Source: Bacteroidales bacterium | GTDB taxonomy: Bacteria; Bacteroidota; Bacteroidia; Bacteroidales; WCHB1-69 | Length of the DNA stretch: 64,000 nt | NCBI GenBank assembly: GCA_024400635.1 | Contig: JAKSMI010000002.1 | Span: 120,305 to 184,304 of the forward strand | Direction of reading: 5' to 3' | Part shown: positions 28,142 to 37,099 of the stretch, piece by piece | Layout: each line of letters begins with the position of its first letter | How positions within the stretch are numbered: the first letter of the stretch is position 1 | Notes under the pieces: model-generated | The model's database searches: none | What the model was told of the DNA's origin: nothing | The model's input: the letters and a program-made list of their open reading frames with translations, nothing else | Program-made: the position numbers and the translations under genes

Positions 28142-29359
28142 TTATAGCATTTTATTAAAACTTGATAAGAATATTTCCCATTTTTGAGATCCTTGCGGCA
28201 TGAAATTGTTGTGCCATAAGGCTACCATTTCACCACCCACTTTTTTCACTTCCGCAAGCAATTCATTCAAGTTATTTTCATATTGTTCGAAAGTAATATC
28301 TCCGCTAAATGCTGCTGAATCCATAAATAATAAGGGATGGATTGTCAGTGTGGTGGTTTTGTTTTGACTTAAGTCAAAGAAAGGGTAGGGAAGTGCCATT
28401 CCGTTGCGAAAACCAATGCGGTCGTAAAAGCCTAAGGAAAAATCGTCACTAATCCCTGTCGAAATAAGATTTTGGAAGGTTTCCGGCATTTTTTCTTTCA
28501 AAAAATGCTGCCGCGAATAATTCACCTTCAAACCAGAAATCTTTTCTAATTTATTTTTTTGATAAATTATATCTTCTTGATTATTAGAATAATAAGATGT
28601 ATGAAGTCCGATAGTGGAAAAAGATTTAAGTTTATCTATCAAAGCTGAAAAATGTGCTGATTTTGGCGAAATGTTGCGGTCGTAACGAGTGCGACGACTT
28701 GTCAGCATAAAATAAATCGGTTTCAAATGGTTACGCTCGCAGAGTTCCTTTTCTTGGTCATAGCCATCGTATGGGTCGTCGAAATCATCATGATGTCTTG
28801 CCTGTAAAATATTCTTTATTTGTGATTTATGAAAACATAAACAGGCTTTGGCTAAGGCGCCGCAAAAGTGGAAAAAGCTTTTCCCTTTGTAGGCATACGC
28901 AATATCGACGTCGAAAGTCGGCAGAAAACGATACTGTGATTCCCTCCATTGAAAATCTGCTTGCTGTTTTGAAAGTAACTCTTTGTATTTCAATGCAATA
29001 TTGTGCACCGTAGGTGTTTTTTCCAAATGATGACGTACGACGAAGGATTTTTCGTGCACGATGCGCTGGTGCTGGTCACGAGGACAATCGGGCAAATATT
29101 CTTCGTAATTGCTCAAAAGATAAAATGCCAAGGCAACTTTATCATTTAAGATTTGATTTTCATCTTGCGGATGGATATTGTCTTCAAAAACTATTTGAGA
29201 TTGAGGAAGATAGCGTAATTTTAATCCCTGATGATTCTGATATTTTGCCGTATCCGTAGTGATGTCGAAATCCAATGACAATATGTTTTTGAAGATGACT
29301 TCGCAAACATACCGCAAACGTGGCGACAGCTGGGGCGACAAAATCAGCAGCGAATTCAT
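28142..29359 (-). CDS. Hypothetical protein (possibly polysaccharide-deacetylase-like)
   Basis: A 405-aa ORF with good coding appearance, immediately downstream of miaB. The family assignment is from weak recall only. Confidence 0.45.
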   Translation of the reverse strand: MNSLLILSPQLSPRLRYVCEVIFKNILSLDFDITTDTAKYQNHQGLKLRYLPQSQIVFEDNIHPQDENQILNDKVALAFYLLSNYEEYLPDCPRDQHQRIVHEKSFVVRHHLEKTPTVHNIALKYKELLSKQQADFQWRESQYRFLPTFDVDIAYAYKGKSFFHFCGALAKACLCFHKSQIKNILQARHHDDFDDPYDGYDQEKELCERNHLKPIYFMLTSRRTRYDRNISPKSAHFSALIDKLKSFSTIGLHTSYYSNNQEDIIYQKNKLEKISGLKVNYSRQHFLKEKMPETFQNLISTGISDDFSLGFYDRIGFRNGMALPYPFFDLSQNKTTTLTIHPLLFMDSAAFSGDITFEQYENNLNELLAEVKKVGGEMVALWHNNFMPQGSQKWEIFLSSFNKML

Positions 29360-29361
29360 AT

Positions 29362-30681
29362 CTATTTGACTATAACACCTTTAAGTGTGGCGGTTGAGCA
29401 GGATTCGACTTTTACTTTTACATAATCTCCGAAATGGCAGTCTTCTTTTGGGAAGACGAGCACTTTGTTTTGGCTGTTGCGTCCAAAATAGTCGTTTTCT
29501 GAGCGTTTAGAGGCACCTTCAACAAGGACTTCAAAGGTTTTGCCAATGTCGTTCTTGTTGCTTTCGAGCGATAGTTCCTGTTGCAAAGCGATGATTTCTT
29601 CTAAACGACGGCCTTTAACCTCATCGGGGATGTCGTCTTTGAAGCGTTTGGCGGCCATGGCGCATTCGCGTTCCGAATATTTGAACATGTAGGCGGCACT
29701 ATAGCCCACTTCGCGCATCAGCGACAACGTTTGCTGGTGGTCTTCTTCGGTTTCGCCGCAGAAACCCGCGATGATGTCGGTGGCGATGGCACAATCGGGA
29801 ATCATCCGCTTGATAGTGGCAATGCGTTCCAAATAGTATTCACGCGTATAAACACGGTTCATGCGTTGTAGCATTACGTTGCTGCCGGCTTGCACGGGCA
29901 GATGTATATATTTACAGCAATTGTCGTATTTGGCAATCGTGGCGATGAGTTCGTCGGAAATGTCCTTGGGGTGTGAGGTGGCAAAGCGAACCCGCACATG
30001 GGGTGACAATAATGCCACTTTTTCGAGTAGACGGGCAAAATTGACCACTTCCCCGTTTTCTTCTGAACGATAGGAATTGACATTCTGACCTAAAAGTGTG
30101 ATTTCTTTATATCCTTGATTTATAAGTTGTTGAGCTTCTCTAATGATGGTTTGTGAACTGCGGCTGCGTTCGCGCCCGCGAGTGTAGGGAACGACGCAGT
30201 AGGTGCAGAAATTGTTGCATCCACGCATAATGGAAATGAAGGCCGAAATGCCGTTCGTGTCGTAACGGATGGGATCAATATCATCGTAGGTTTCTTCCAA
30301 AGACAGCATTACGTTGAAAGTTTTCTTGCCGATGGCGGCCTCTTGAATTAAGGCGGGCAGACTGCGGTAGGCATCGGGCCCGGCGATGAGGTCGAGGGCA
30401 TTTTCTTCATTGAGAAGTTTCTCTTTTACGCGTTCGGCCATGCAGCCCAAAAGTCCAATTTGCAAAAACGGTTTCTTCTTTTTCATAATGCCTAGTTCGG
30501 CCAGGCGTTTGCGTATGCGTTGCTCCGCGTGGTCGCGGACCGAACAGGTGTTGATCAAAATCAAATCCGCTTCATTAATGTCTTTGCTTATCTGATATTC
30601 ATCGGCCAATATTGAAGCAACAACTTCACTATCAGCTACATTCATTTGACAACCGTATGTTTCGATATATAGTTTTTTCAT
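29362..30681 (-). CDS. miaB: tRNA-2-methylthio-N6-dimethylallyladenosine synthase
   Basis: N-terminal YIETYGCQMN, radical-SAM motif GCNNFCTYCVVP, and a C-terminal TRAM domain. Confidence 0.92.
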   Translation of the reverse strand: MKKLYIETYGCQMNVADSEVVASILADEYQISKDINEADLILINTCSVRDHAEQRIRKRLAELGIMKKKKPFLQIGLLGCMAERVKEKLLNEENALDLIAGPDAYRSLPALIQEAAIGKKTFNVMLSLEETYDDIDPIRYDTNGISAFISIMRGCNNFCTYCVVPYTRGRERSRSSQTIIREAQQLINQGYKEITLLGQNVNSYRSEENGEVVNFARLLEKVALLSPHVRVRFATSHPKDISDELIATIAKYDNCCKYIHLPVQAGSNVMLQRMNRVYTREYYLERIATIKRMIPDCAIATDIIAGFCGETEEDHQQTLSLMREVGYSAAYMFKYSERECAMAAKRFKDDIPDEVKGRRLEEIIALQQELSLESNKNDIGKTFEVLVEGASKRSENDYFGRNSQNKVLVFPKEDCHFGDYVKVKVESCSTATLKGVIVK

Positions 30682-30684
30682 GGG

Positions 30685-31554
30685 TTAGTCGTTTTTAAGT
30701 TGATCAAAATTCTTACCGAACACGCCGTAAGTTTTAGAGATGGTGATGAAAGCTGTATCATCCATGGATTTGATGATGCGGGTGATGAGAACCTTATCGG
30801 TTTTATGAGCAATGATGAGCAGAATTTCGCTTTCTTCCTTGGTATAGGAACCATAACTTTTAATCAAGGTGGCTCCGCGGTGAAGGTCATTGTTGATTTT
30901 GTCGGCGATTTCTCGGTTTTTCTTCGAGAAAACCATAATCTGGTAACTTTGTTTGTAACCATCAATGACAACGTCGGAAATAAGGGTGTAGACAAACATC
31001 ACCACCATACTGTAAACTAATTTTTCGACGTCTTGGACGATAAAATAGGAAGAACCAACGATGAATATATTTGTGTAGAAAGATATTCTTCCGTAGGAAA
31101 TGTTGCGGTATTTGCCTATCATCAAAGCGATGATGTCCGTGCCGCCAGTGTTACCGCCGAAATTGATGGCCATTCCAACGCCAAAAGCAGCGAGGCCGGC
31201 ACCAATCATTGAACACATGAATGTGTCATCGACAAGAGGTTGTGTGAATATTGCCTGGCCAATGGAAAAAAATGACGAAAGTATGACGGTGCAAATCATG
31301 GTGTTGACACAAAAACGTTTCCCCAACACTTTCCAAGCGATTGCTACGAGGATGAAGTTGAGAACGAAAGTGGTGATACCAACAGGAATGGTTTGGGTCG
31401 CAAAATAAATAATGGCGGCAATACCGCTGACACCACCACCCGTGAGGTGGTTGGGAATAAGGAAGGCGGTCCACCCAAAAGCAAAAATTGCTAAACCAAT
31501 GGTGATGAATACGAAATTTTTAATCTCTTTGAGCAATTCTTTTTTTGAAATCAT
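30685..31554 (-). CDS. YitT-family membrane protein (with C-terminal DUF2179-like domain)
   Basis: Five to six TM helices followed by a soluble C-terminal domain, with the typical GGTGGTDI motif region (GGNTGGTDIIAL). Confidence 0.78.
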   Translation of the reverse strand: MISKKELLKEIKNFVFITIGLAIFAFGWTAFLIPNHLTGGGVSGIAAIIYFATQTIPVGITTFVLNFILVAIAWKVLGKRFCVNTMICTVILSSFFSIGQAIFTQPLVDDTFMCSMIGAGLAAFGVGMAINFGGNTGGTDIIALMIGKYRNISYGRISFYTNIFIVGSSYFIVQDVEKLVYSMVVMFVYTLISDVVIDGYKQSYQIMVFSKKNREIADKINNDLHRGATLIKSYGSYTKEESEILLIIAHKTDKVLITRIIKSMDDTAFITISKTYGVFGKNFDQLKND

Positions 31555-31702
31555 CGTGAAAAAGTATTATTGTTTTTATGGTTGTAAAATCTTAATATGT
31601 TAATTATCAATTGTTTGTTTTATTATTACAGTGAAATAAAATGCAAAGTTACGAAAAAAATCAAAAAAAGAAAAAAATTGTTGCCAGAAAAGAAAAAAGT
31701 TG

Positions 31703-31710
31703 TATTTTTG
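31703..31710 (+). promoter_or_regulatory. Bacteroidota -7 promoter box (TAttTTTG) upstream of tRNA-Asn
   Basis: TATTTTTG lies 32 nt upstream of the mature tRNA 5' end. Confidence 0.45.
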
Positions 31711-31741
31711 CAGCGTCAAAACGGAAACGTAAGGACGTAAC

Positions 31742-31815
31742 GCTTCCTTAGCTCAGTCGGTTAGAGCATCTGACTGTTAATCAGAGGGTCCTAGGTTCAA
31801 GTCCTAGAGGGAGCG
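31742..31815 (+). tRNA. tRNA-Asn (anticodon GTT)
   Basis: Manual cloverleaf: acceptor GCTTCCT/AGGGAGC; D stem GCTC/GAGC; anticodon stem TCTGA/TCAGA with loop CTGTTAA; T arm CTAGG-TTCAAGT-CCTAG; discriminator G. CCA is not encoded. Confidence 0.93.
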
Positions 31816-31867
31816 CAAAGAAAAGCACCTATTCTCAATGAATTAGGTGCTTTTTTTGTTGCCTTCC
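31773..31867 (+). repeat. Direct repeat 1 (attL-like): tRNA-Asn anticodon loop to 3' end plus terminator
   Basis: It matches 47860-47955. The tRNA portion (ACTGTTAATCAGAGGGTCCTAGGTTCAAGTCCTAGAGGGAGCGCA) is identical, as is ATTCTCAATGAATTAGGTGCTTTTTTTGTTGCCTTCC. The copies differ only in the ~12 nt between these two blocks. Confidence 0.9.
31823..31856 (+). terminator. Rho-independent terminator of tRNA-Asn
   Basis: GCACCTA-ttctcaatgaat-TAGGTGC followed by TTTTTTT. A second copy lies at about 47912-47945 inside the downstream direct repeat. Confidence 0.7.
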
Positions 31868-31971
31868 GGATAGGGGAAAATGTGGCGATTTCAACAGGTT
31901 TTGGGTAAAAAATCTATAATAGTTCACTAATTTTCGGTGAGCTCAACTTGTTGGAAATCAAGATAACAGCA

Positions 31972-33180
31972 ATGGCAACAATAGGATATGAAATCAGCAA
32001 TTATGCAAAGGGAAACGGCTCCATTAGTGTTCGTCTCCGTTTGACACATAACAAGAAGAACAAGTATTTCAGCAGTGGTATCTTCGTCTCAAGAGACGAC
32101 CTGACAAAATGTGGAAAGATACGAAATAAGGAGATTGCTTCACTAATTAGTGAAATGGTTCTGGACTACACCAGACGGATAGCAGAATGTTCAATAGAAA
32201 TCAACCGATGTTCCGATGTAAATGAAGTGTATCGTATTATTACAAAAGAAGATAAACTAATTCACCGAGATATAGATTTCTTTGACTATGCACAAAAGTT
32301 TATGGAAAATAAAGAGAGTGAAAAGACTGCTTCTGGATATAGAACAATGCTATCTTCATTTCAAACATTTATTAAGAAGAAAACAATTGCTTTCAATGAT
32401 ATCACACCAACCGTATTACGTTCATACATAGATTATCTTGACCCAAAGCGGCGACGTTCGTCACAATATCTGACCCTAATAAAGTCAATCTTCAATTCTG
32501 CCATTAAAGAATATAATGACGAAGCAATCGTTATTAAGAACCCATTTTCAAAGATAGATATGCCCAAACCCCCTGTTCCTGAAAAACGTGGACTAACAGT
32601 TGAACAGATACGGGCAATTGCCAATCATAAATCTACGGGCAAACGAGAACAATTTGCCAAAGAAATGTTCCTTTTATCTTTTTGCCTTGTCGGAATAAAT
32701 GCAATTGACCTCTACGATTGTGACCAGATAGAAGGGGATAAAATAACCTACTATCGTCATAAGACCCGTGGACGGAGAGATGATAATGCTAAAATGGTTG
32801 TTGCTATACCTCCTATTGTGAAAAGTGTTGTTGAGAAGCACCGGGATAATACCAATAAAAAGGTTTTCAATCTGCATATCCGTTATGCTGAAAGCGGTAA
32901 TCTAAATGCAAATATCAATAAGGGATTGAAGGTAATTGGTAAAAAGTTGGGTATAGAGAACCTTCAAATGTATTGTGCAAGACATAGTTGGGCAACCATT
33001 GCTGCAAATGACTGTCGTATGGATATATATACAATTCATAAAGCACTGAACCATACCACCAGTAAATTGAAAATAACGGAAACTTATATTAGGGAAAATT
33101 GGGATTGGTTGGAAAGAGCGAATAATCAGGTGCTGGATTATGTCTTTGGTGAAGCAGATATCAATGATTTTCTGCTCTAA
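31972..33180 (+). CDS. Tyrosine recombinase / phage-type integrase (Bacteroidota type)
   Basis: C-terminal catalytic residues lie in ARHSWATIAAN...IHKALNHTT...TETYI (R, H-x-x-R-like, Y). It is adjacent to attL. I start at the ATG at 31972. Confidence 0.85.
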   Translation: MATIGYEISNYAKGNGSISVRLRLTHNKKNKYFSSGIFVSRDDLTKCGKIRNKEIASLISEMVLDYTRRIAECSIEINRCSDVNEVYRIITKEDKLIHRDIDFFDYAQKFMENKESEKTASGYRTMLSSFQTFIKKKTIAFNDITPTVLRSYIDYLDPKRRRSSQYLTLIKSIFNSAIKEYNDEAIVIKNPFSKIDMPKPPVPEKRGLTVEQIRAIANHKSTGKREQFAKEMFLLSFCLVGINAIDLYDCDQIEGDKITYYRHKTRGRRDDNAKMVVAIPPIVKSVVEKHRDNTNKKVFNLHIRYAESGNLNANINKGLKVIGKKLGIENLQMYCARHSWATIAANDCRMDIYTIHKALNHTTSKLKITETYIRENWDWLERANNQVLDYVFGEADINDFLL

Positions 33181-33325
33181 TGTATATCACATGGAAAGCA
33201 AACAGACAGATTCACATGATTCGTTATCATGGACGAAGTAGAGCATGTATTATTCGACAAAAAGCTTTCTCTGTATAATAAATATTGGACAGCGGACTGT
33301 GCCATGTTTTTTCACACCAATTGCT

Positions 33326-33333
33326 TATCTTTG
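33326..33333 (+). promoter_or_regulatory. Bacteroidota -7 promoter box (TAtcTTTG) upstream of the WYL regulator gene
   Basis: TATCTTTG lies 20 nt upstream of the ATG at 33353. Confidence 0.45.
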
Positions 33334-33352
33334 CCGCAAAAAAGAAATTGTC

Positions 33353-34282
33353 ATGAGCAAGAATTTGATTAACAGGTATATTTGGTTGGTAGACACCATT
33401 TACCAAGCTGGTTCTTCGGGAATTACACTCCGAGAAATTTCAGAAAAATGGGAAAGCAACTGGCGAATGTCTGGAAAGGAGGAGTATGCAAGACGCACCT
33501 TCATGCATCACAAAAAGGACATTTGGGACATCTTCGGCATTGAAATAGGATGTCACAAGCACACCAATTGCTACTATATTGTGGATAGCAGGGATATTTC
33601 CGACTCGTCGGGTTTTCGGCGGTGGATGTTCGAGACGTTAGCAGTGAATAACCACGTTAATGAGAGTGCCCAATTGCGCGACCGTATCTTATTGGAGAAC
33701 AACCCCTCTGGAGGTGAGTTCCTTTCCACCACCTTGGAAGCGATGCGCGACGGAAAGATGATCACATTTGATTATCGTCCGTTTTGGTTTGAGGCCGAAA
33801 ACTATTCCAGCTACTACCATGTGGAGCCTTATGCTCTGAAGGTGTTCAAACGCCGCTGGTATCTGTTGGGCAAATACGGCGACTCACCTTTGAAGATATA
33901 TGCACTAGACCGCTTTCTGAATATCGACATCGAATTCGAGGACTTCACAATGCCGCAAGGCTTCAATGCAAATGCCTACTTCTCCACCTGTTTTGGAATC
34001 ATCGTTGGTGATGAAGATCCGCAATTCATCAAACTAAAAGTGGCTTACTATCAGGCAAACTATCTCCGTTCATTGCCGCTTCACCACTCCCAGAAAGAGA
34101 TGGAGATTACCGATAACCATACCATCTTCAGCTATTATTTGCGTCCATCTTTTGACTTTGTGCAGGAGCTGCTTTCCTTGGGAGAAACTGTTGAGGTGCT
34201 TGAACCCGCTTCCTTGCGCTTGGAGATGGAGAGAATCGGGAAGGAGATTGCGAAGAATCATAAAAGGGAGCGACGGAAATAA
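33353..34282 (+). CDS. WYL-domain transcriptional regulator (wHTH + WYL)
   Basis: N-terminal wHTH-like region (INRYIWLVDTIYQAGSSGITLREISEKW). The central motif EPYALKVFKRRWYLLGKY is the hallmark WYL segment. I start at the ATG at 33353. Confidence 0.8.
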   Translation: MSKNLINRYIWLVDTIYQAGSSGITLREISEKWESNWRMSGKEEYARRTFMHHKKDIWDIFGIEIGCHKHTNCYYIVDSRDISDSSGFRRWMFETLAVNNHVNESAQLRDRILLENNPSGGEFLSTTLEAMRDGKMITFDYRPFWFEAENYSSYYHVEPYALKVFKRRWYLLGKYGDSPLKIYALDRFLNIDIEFEDFTMPQGFNANAYFSTCFGIIVGDEDPQFIKLKVAYYQANYLRSLPLHHSQKEMEITDNHTIFSYYLRPSFDFVQELLSLGETVEVLEPASLRLEMERIGKEIAKNHKRERRK

Positions 34283-34305
34283 CATCAGTTGCAAAAGGAA
34301 TCCTT

Positions 34306-34821
34306 TTACACTATCGGATCTGGACACACATTGCGCCGTTGGCACTTTTCGCACTCGCTACCACGCCACACTTTATCGAATTCCTCAATGACAGCGGTTA
34401 CGAGAGCGTGATCATCGGTGAGGACACCTGCTTCGAAATTGCGGCGGAGGGGCGACTTCATCCCCATTCCCGCGCCCGTGAGGTTCGCGCTGCCCACGTA
34501 GCAGACCGTCTGGTCGATGACGATGATTTTGAAATGTACCCGCGGACACATCACCCGTTCCAGCATCTTGGCCAGTCGTGGGTAGCGGTCGAAGTCGGCG
34601 CGGAAGTTCGGTCCTGGTTCCTTTGCGTGGATCAGCCGCACCTCCACGCCCCTTCCCAGCAGTTCCGCCAGCACCCCGAGAAACGGCTTCTCGATTTTAC
34701 CCTGCAACACGTATAGGTCTTTGATGTCAGCGGTACCAATCCACAACGAGTGCTTGGCCTTCATCGCAAGGTCAAGCACGGTGGTGCAGTGGGAGGAGTC
34801 GGAGATGAGGGTAGTGGGCAT
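34306..34821 (-). CDS. Phospholipase D-family (single-HKD, Nuc-like) nuclease
   Basis: HKD motif HFKIIVIDQTVCYVGSANLTG, and a C-terminal Cys pair (CEKCQRRNVC). The gene is visibly GC-richer than its surroundings. Confidence 0.8.
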   Translation of the reverse strand: MPTTLISDSSHCTTVLDLAMKAKHSLWIGTADIKDLYVLQGKIEKPFLGVLAELLGRGVEVRLIHAKEPGPNFRADFDRYPRLAKMLERVMCPRVHFKIIVIDQTVCYVGSANLTGAGMGMKSPLRRNFEAGVLTDDHALVTAVIEEFDKVWRGSECEKCQRRNVCPDPIV

Positions 34822-34865
34822 TATAAATCGATTATTATCAGTTGTTTAGTGAGCTATATTTCGCA

Positions 34866-34873
34866 CAAATATA
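34866..34873 (-). promoter_or_regulatory. Bacteroidota -7 promoter box (TAtaTTTG, minus strand) upstream of the PLD nuclease gene
   Basis: The plus-strand sequence CAAATATA is the reverse complement of TATATTTG. It lies 45 nt upstream of the ATG at 34821. Confidence 0.4.
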
Positions 34874-34951
34874 ATATTGAAAATTGTACGAAACAGAATT
34901 GGAAAATTTTTGGAACTGCATAAATTTTCGTATGAATTTTTATGATTGCCT

Positions 34952-35024
34952 GCAGACCTACGGTCTGCGTCAAATCCTCGTGCTGTTTCGTTGCTACCAA
35001 GCCCGGCAGACCAAACGGCCTGCC
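34952..35024 (-). other. GC-rich structured intergenic element (two strong hairpins), possible terminator or small RNA
   Basis: Hairpin 1 is GCAGACC-tac-GGTCTGC (34952-34968). Hairpin 2 is an 8-bp stem at 35005-35024 whose single non-Watson-Crick pair is A-C on the plus strand but G-U on the minus strand. Confidence 0.35.
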
Positions 35025-35083
35025 TCCTTTGCAGCGGTTGTCTGAACCATTGTTGGAGGTTTGAGTATATGTTAAAAGCTTTT

Positions 35084-36103
35084 TTATATTGTTTCAAGGC
35101 CAGCGATACCTGTTCTTAGCAACATTTCAGCAAACGTTTTGCCATTGATAAGACGGACATTGTTTTCTTCAGCCTTTCTCATGGCTTCGTCCGAAAAATC
35201 ATCACAAGAGGATATCACCCATAGGACAGAATGATATTCAGTATTTTGGTATTTTTCAGAATTCACAACTATTTGCTTAACTGCGTCATCAGAGGTAGTG
35301 TCTTTATGCCATTTAGCTTGAACCCGTATTGCAACTTTCAATTCTTCAAAATAAGCTACAGCATCAGTGTCCCCATCTTCAGTTCGACTTGAATTTTTAG
35401 CTGGAACTTCAACACGAGCACCCAAGTGTTCAAAATAACTTTTTACAAGCTCCTCGAATTTATTATCCCCTGGCATTTTTCTGATTTTTTCGAGAATTAT
35501 TCCACAAGTGTTTTCTTTGATTTCTGAGTACAGATTTAAAGGTTGTCCTGTTTCAGCACGATTGAGAGCGTCTTCAACATTAGAAGACAAAGATGTTATG
35601 TCTGAATTTATTTGCTGAATTTTCATACGTGAAAACAAAGGACCATCAGCATAAACTCTCGGTATCTTAGTCTTGATAGGTTTAACGTTCCAAAAGAAAC
35701 CTATATCAATTATTCTGTTTGTGTCTTTTTGATAGATATACCCTTCCCGGTATTCAACTTCATTTCCATTCCAATCCTTTGCTCCATTTAGGTCAAGTTT
35801 TTCACATGAATATGGTCGTTCGCCCACAATCTCGAAAAGGCTGAATTCATAAGGTGTTGGAACGAGCACAACATCCCCTTTTTTCATTTCTTTTAGAAAT
35901 CGGTACAAACACCATCTGTTGCGAGGATTTCCCCATGCTTCAAATTTCTCATTGAACTCAGTGTCAAAATTATCAATAAAAGATTCTTCCGAGAAATCAG
36001 ACCAACCAATAGAAAGGATGTTTTTTTCAAACAATAATGGGGTTGATAAAACGATTCCTATCTCTCCGCTTTTGATGCGATGTAACCAATAATTTTTACT
36101 CAT
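35084..36103 (-). CDS. Mrr-type restriction endonuclease with an N-terminal PUA/EVE-like domain (candidate modification-dependent, type IV-like)
   Basis: The C-terminal GDTDAVAYFEELKVAIRVQAKWH fits the Mrr-cat D...(E/Q)xK core. The N-terminal MSKNYWLHRI...NPRNRWCLYRFLKEMKKGDVVLV resembles EVE/PUA-like readers. The start is taken at the ATG at 36103; ATGs at 36139 and 36187 are also possible. Confidence 0.65.
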   Translation of the reverse strand: MSKNYWLHRIKSGEIGIVLSTPLLFEKNILSIGWSDFSEESFIDNFDTEFNEKFEAWGNPRNRWCLYRFLKEMKKGDVVLVPTPYEFSLFEIVGERPYSCEKLDLNGAKDWNGNEVEYREGYIYQKDTNRIIDIGFFWNVKPIKTKIPRVYADGPLFSRMKIQQINSDITSLSSNVEDALNRAETGQPLNLYSEIKENTCGIILEKIRKMPGDNKFEELVKSYFEHLGARVEVPAKNSSRTEDGDTDAVAYFEELKVAIRVQAKWHKDTTSDDAVKQIVVNSEKYQNTEYHSVLWVISSCDDFSDEAMRKAEENNVRLINGKTFAEMLLRTGIAGLETI

Positions 36104-36146
36104 AAATTTATTGTTTAATTTATTGCTTATTGTATGCATGTTTTTT

Positions 36147-36812
36147 TTACAAGAAAACTGAAATTTGGGAAAGTACTTCAAAAGCACCGCAATTATATTC
36201 TCTTATACTATCAATAGCAAGCTGCAACCCCAAAAGTTGTAGCTGACATTTTTCTCTAGTATTCTTGCTCATTTCCATAATTTCCTCTCTATCTGGCACA
36301 ACACCAGATAATGTGAGTTCGCTAAAAGCTTTAGTTGTGATTAAATCATCATCGTCTTTTGATAAAATACCGACAAGAATTGTTTCCATAACGCTAACAG
36401 CATTATTATCTTTATTGTTAAAGCCGATTGTTTTTAGCGCACTTCTTGCCACCTCTTTTAGAACGATTGAATATACATCGGATTCGGGTTGTTCGTATAC
36501 ACCGCCATCAACATATTCAATTTGTTCATCATCTTCTTTATAATCATTCAATCCAAATTGTATGCGTACTGAATATATGGCTTCATCTATTTTATCAAAC
36601 AAGTCTTCTATTTGTTCCTTAACAATCAGATTGTAATCTGGATTATTGTCAGAATAGTCAATAGACTTATTGATTTCATCCTTTAGTTGAGGCAAGTCAT
36701 CATATTCAATCTGGTCAATCTGTTCTTCCAGATAGTTAATATCAGCATCCTGCAGCTGTTTTAGACTCTCTAATCGATTTAAAATTGCTGTAAGCTTGTC
36801 AATGATTTCCAT
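36147..36812 (-). CDS. Highly acidic hypothetical protein
   Basis: The ORF is rich in D/E runs (DDLPQLKDE, YKEDDEQIEYVDGG, SKDDDDL). No domain was recognised. I start at the ATG at 36812 (MEIIDKL). Confidence 0.55.
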   Translation of the reverse strand: MEIIDKLTAILNRLESLKQLQDADINYLEEQIDQIEYDDLPQLKDEINKSIDYSDNNPDYNLIVKEQIEDLFDKIDEAIYSVRIQFGLNDYKEDDEQIEYVDGGVYEQPESDVYSIVLKEVARSALKTIGFNNKDNNAVSVMETILVGILSKDDDDLITTKAFSELTLSGVVPDREEIMEMSKNTREKCQLQLLGLQLAIDSIREYNCGAFEVLSQISVFL

Positions 36813-36886
36813 GTCGCTTTTAATTAACAAACACATGTTTTTCCACTCCGCAAAATTACAAAATTATCCCATTCACCATCATTGCC

Positions 36887-37093
36887 TCAAACAACAATTC
36901 CCTCCTCCTTTTCCACCTTTTCAATGCACTCCTCAATGTCAGCAATCAATTCTTTCAAAAACTCTATTTTTGCCGACTTGTCCGGGAAATTGTCAGGATT
37001 TGCTTCAAATTCACTCTCGATCAAGTCGCTGATTGTGAATTCACATCCTAAATCTTCTTCATCTGGGGCTACATAAAAATAATAATCGTTCAT
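36887..37093 (-). CDS. Very acidic 68-aa hypothetical protein
   Basis: Hand count: 21 D/E versus 5 K and no R in 68 residues. It is tightly packed in the minus-strand operon. Confidence 0.5.
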   Translation of the reverse strand: MNDYYFYVAPDEEDLGCEFTISDLIESEFEANPDNFPDKSAKIEFLKELIADIEECIEKVEKEEGIVV

Positions 37094-37099
37094 GTCTAT

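Noticed and set aside
34846-35097. 83-aa minus-strand ORF over the GC-rich intergenic element
   Set aside because: It spans the hairpin region and the promoter box and has an Arg/Gln/Ser-rich composition unlike a real protein. I treat the region as non-coding structure.
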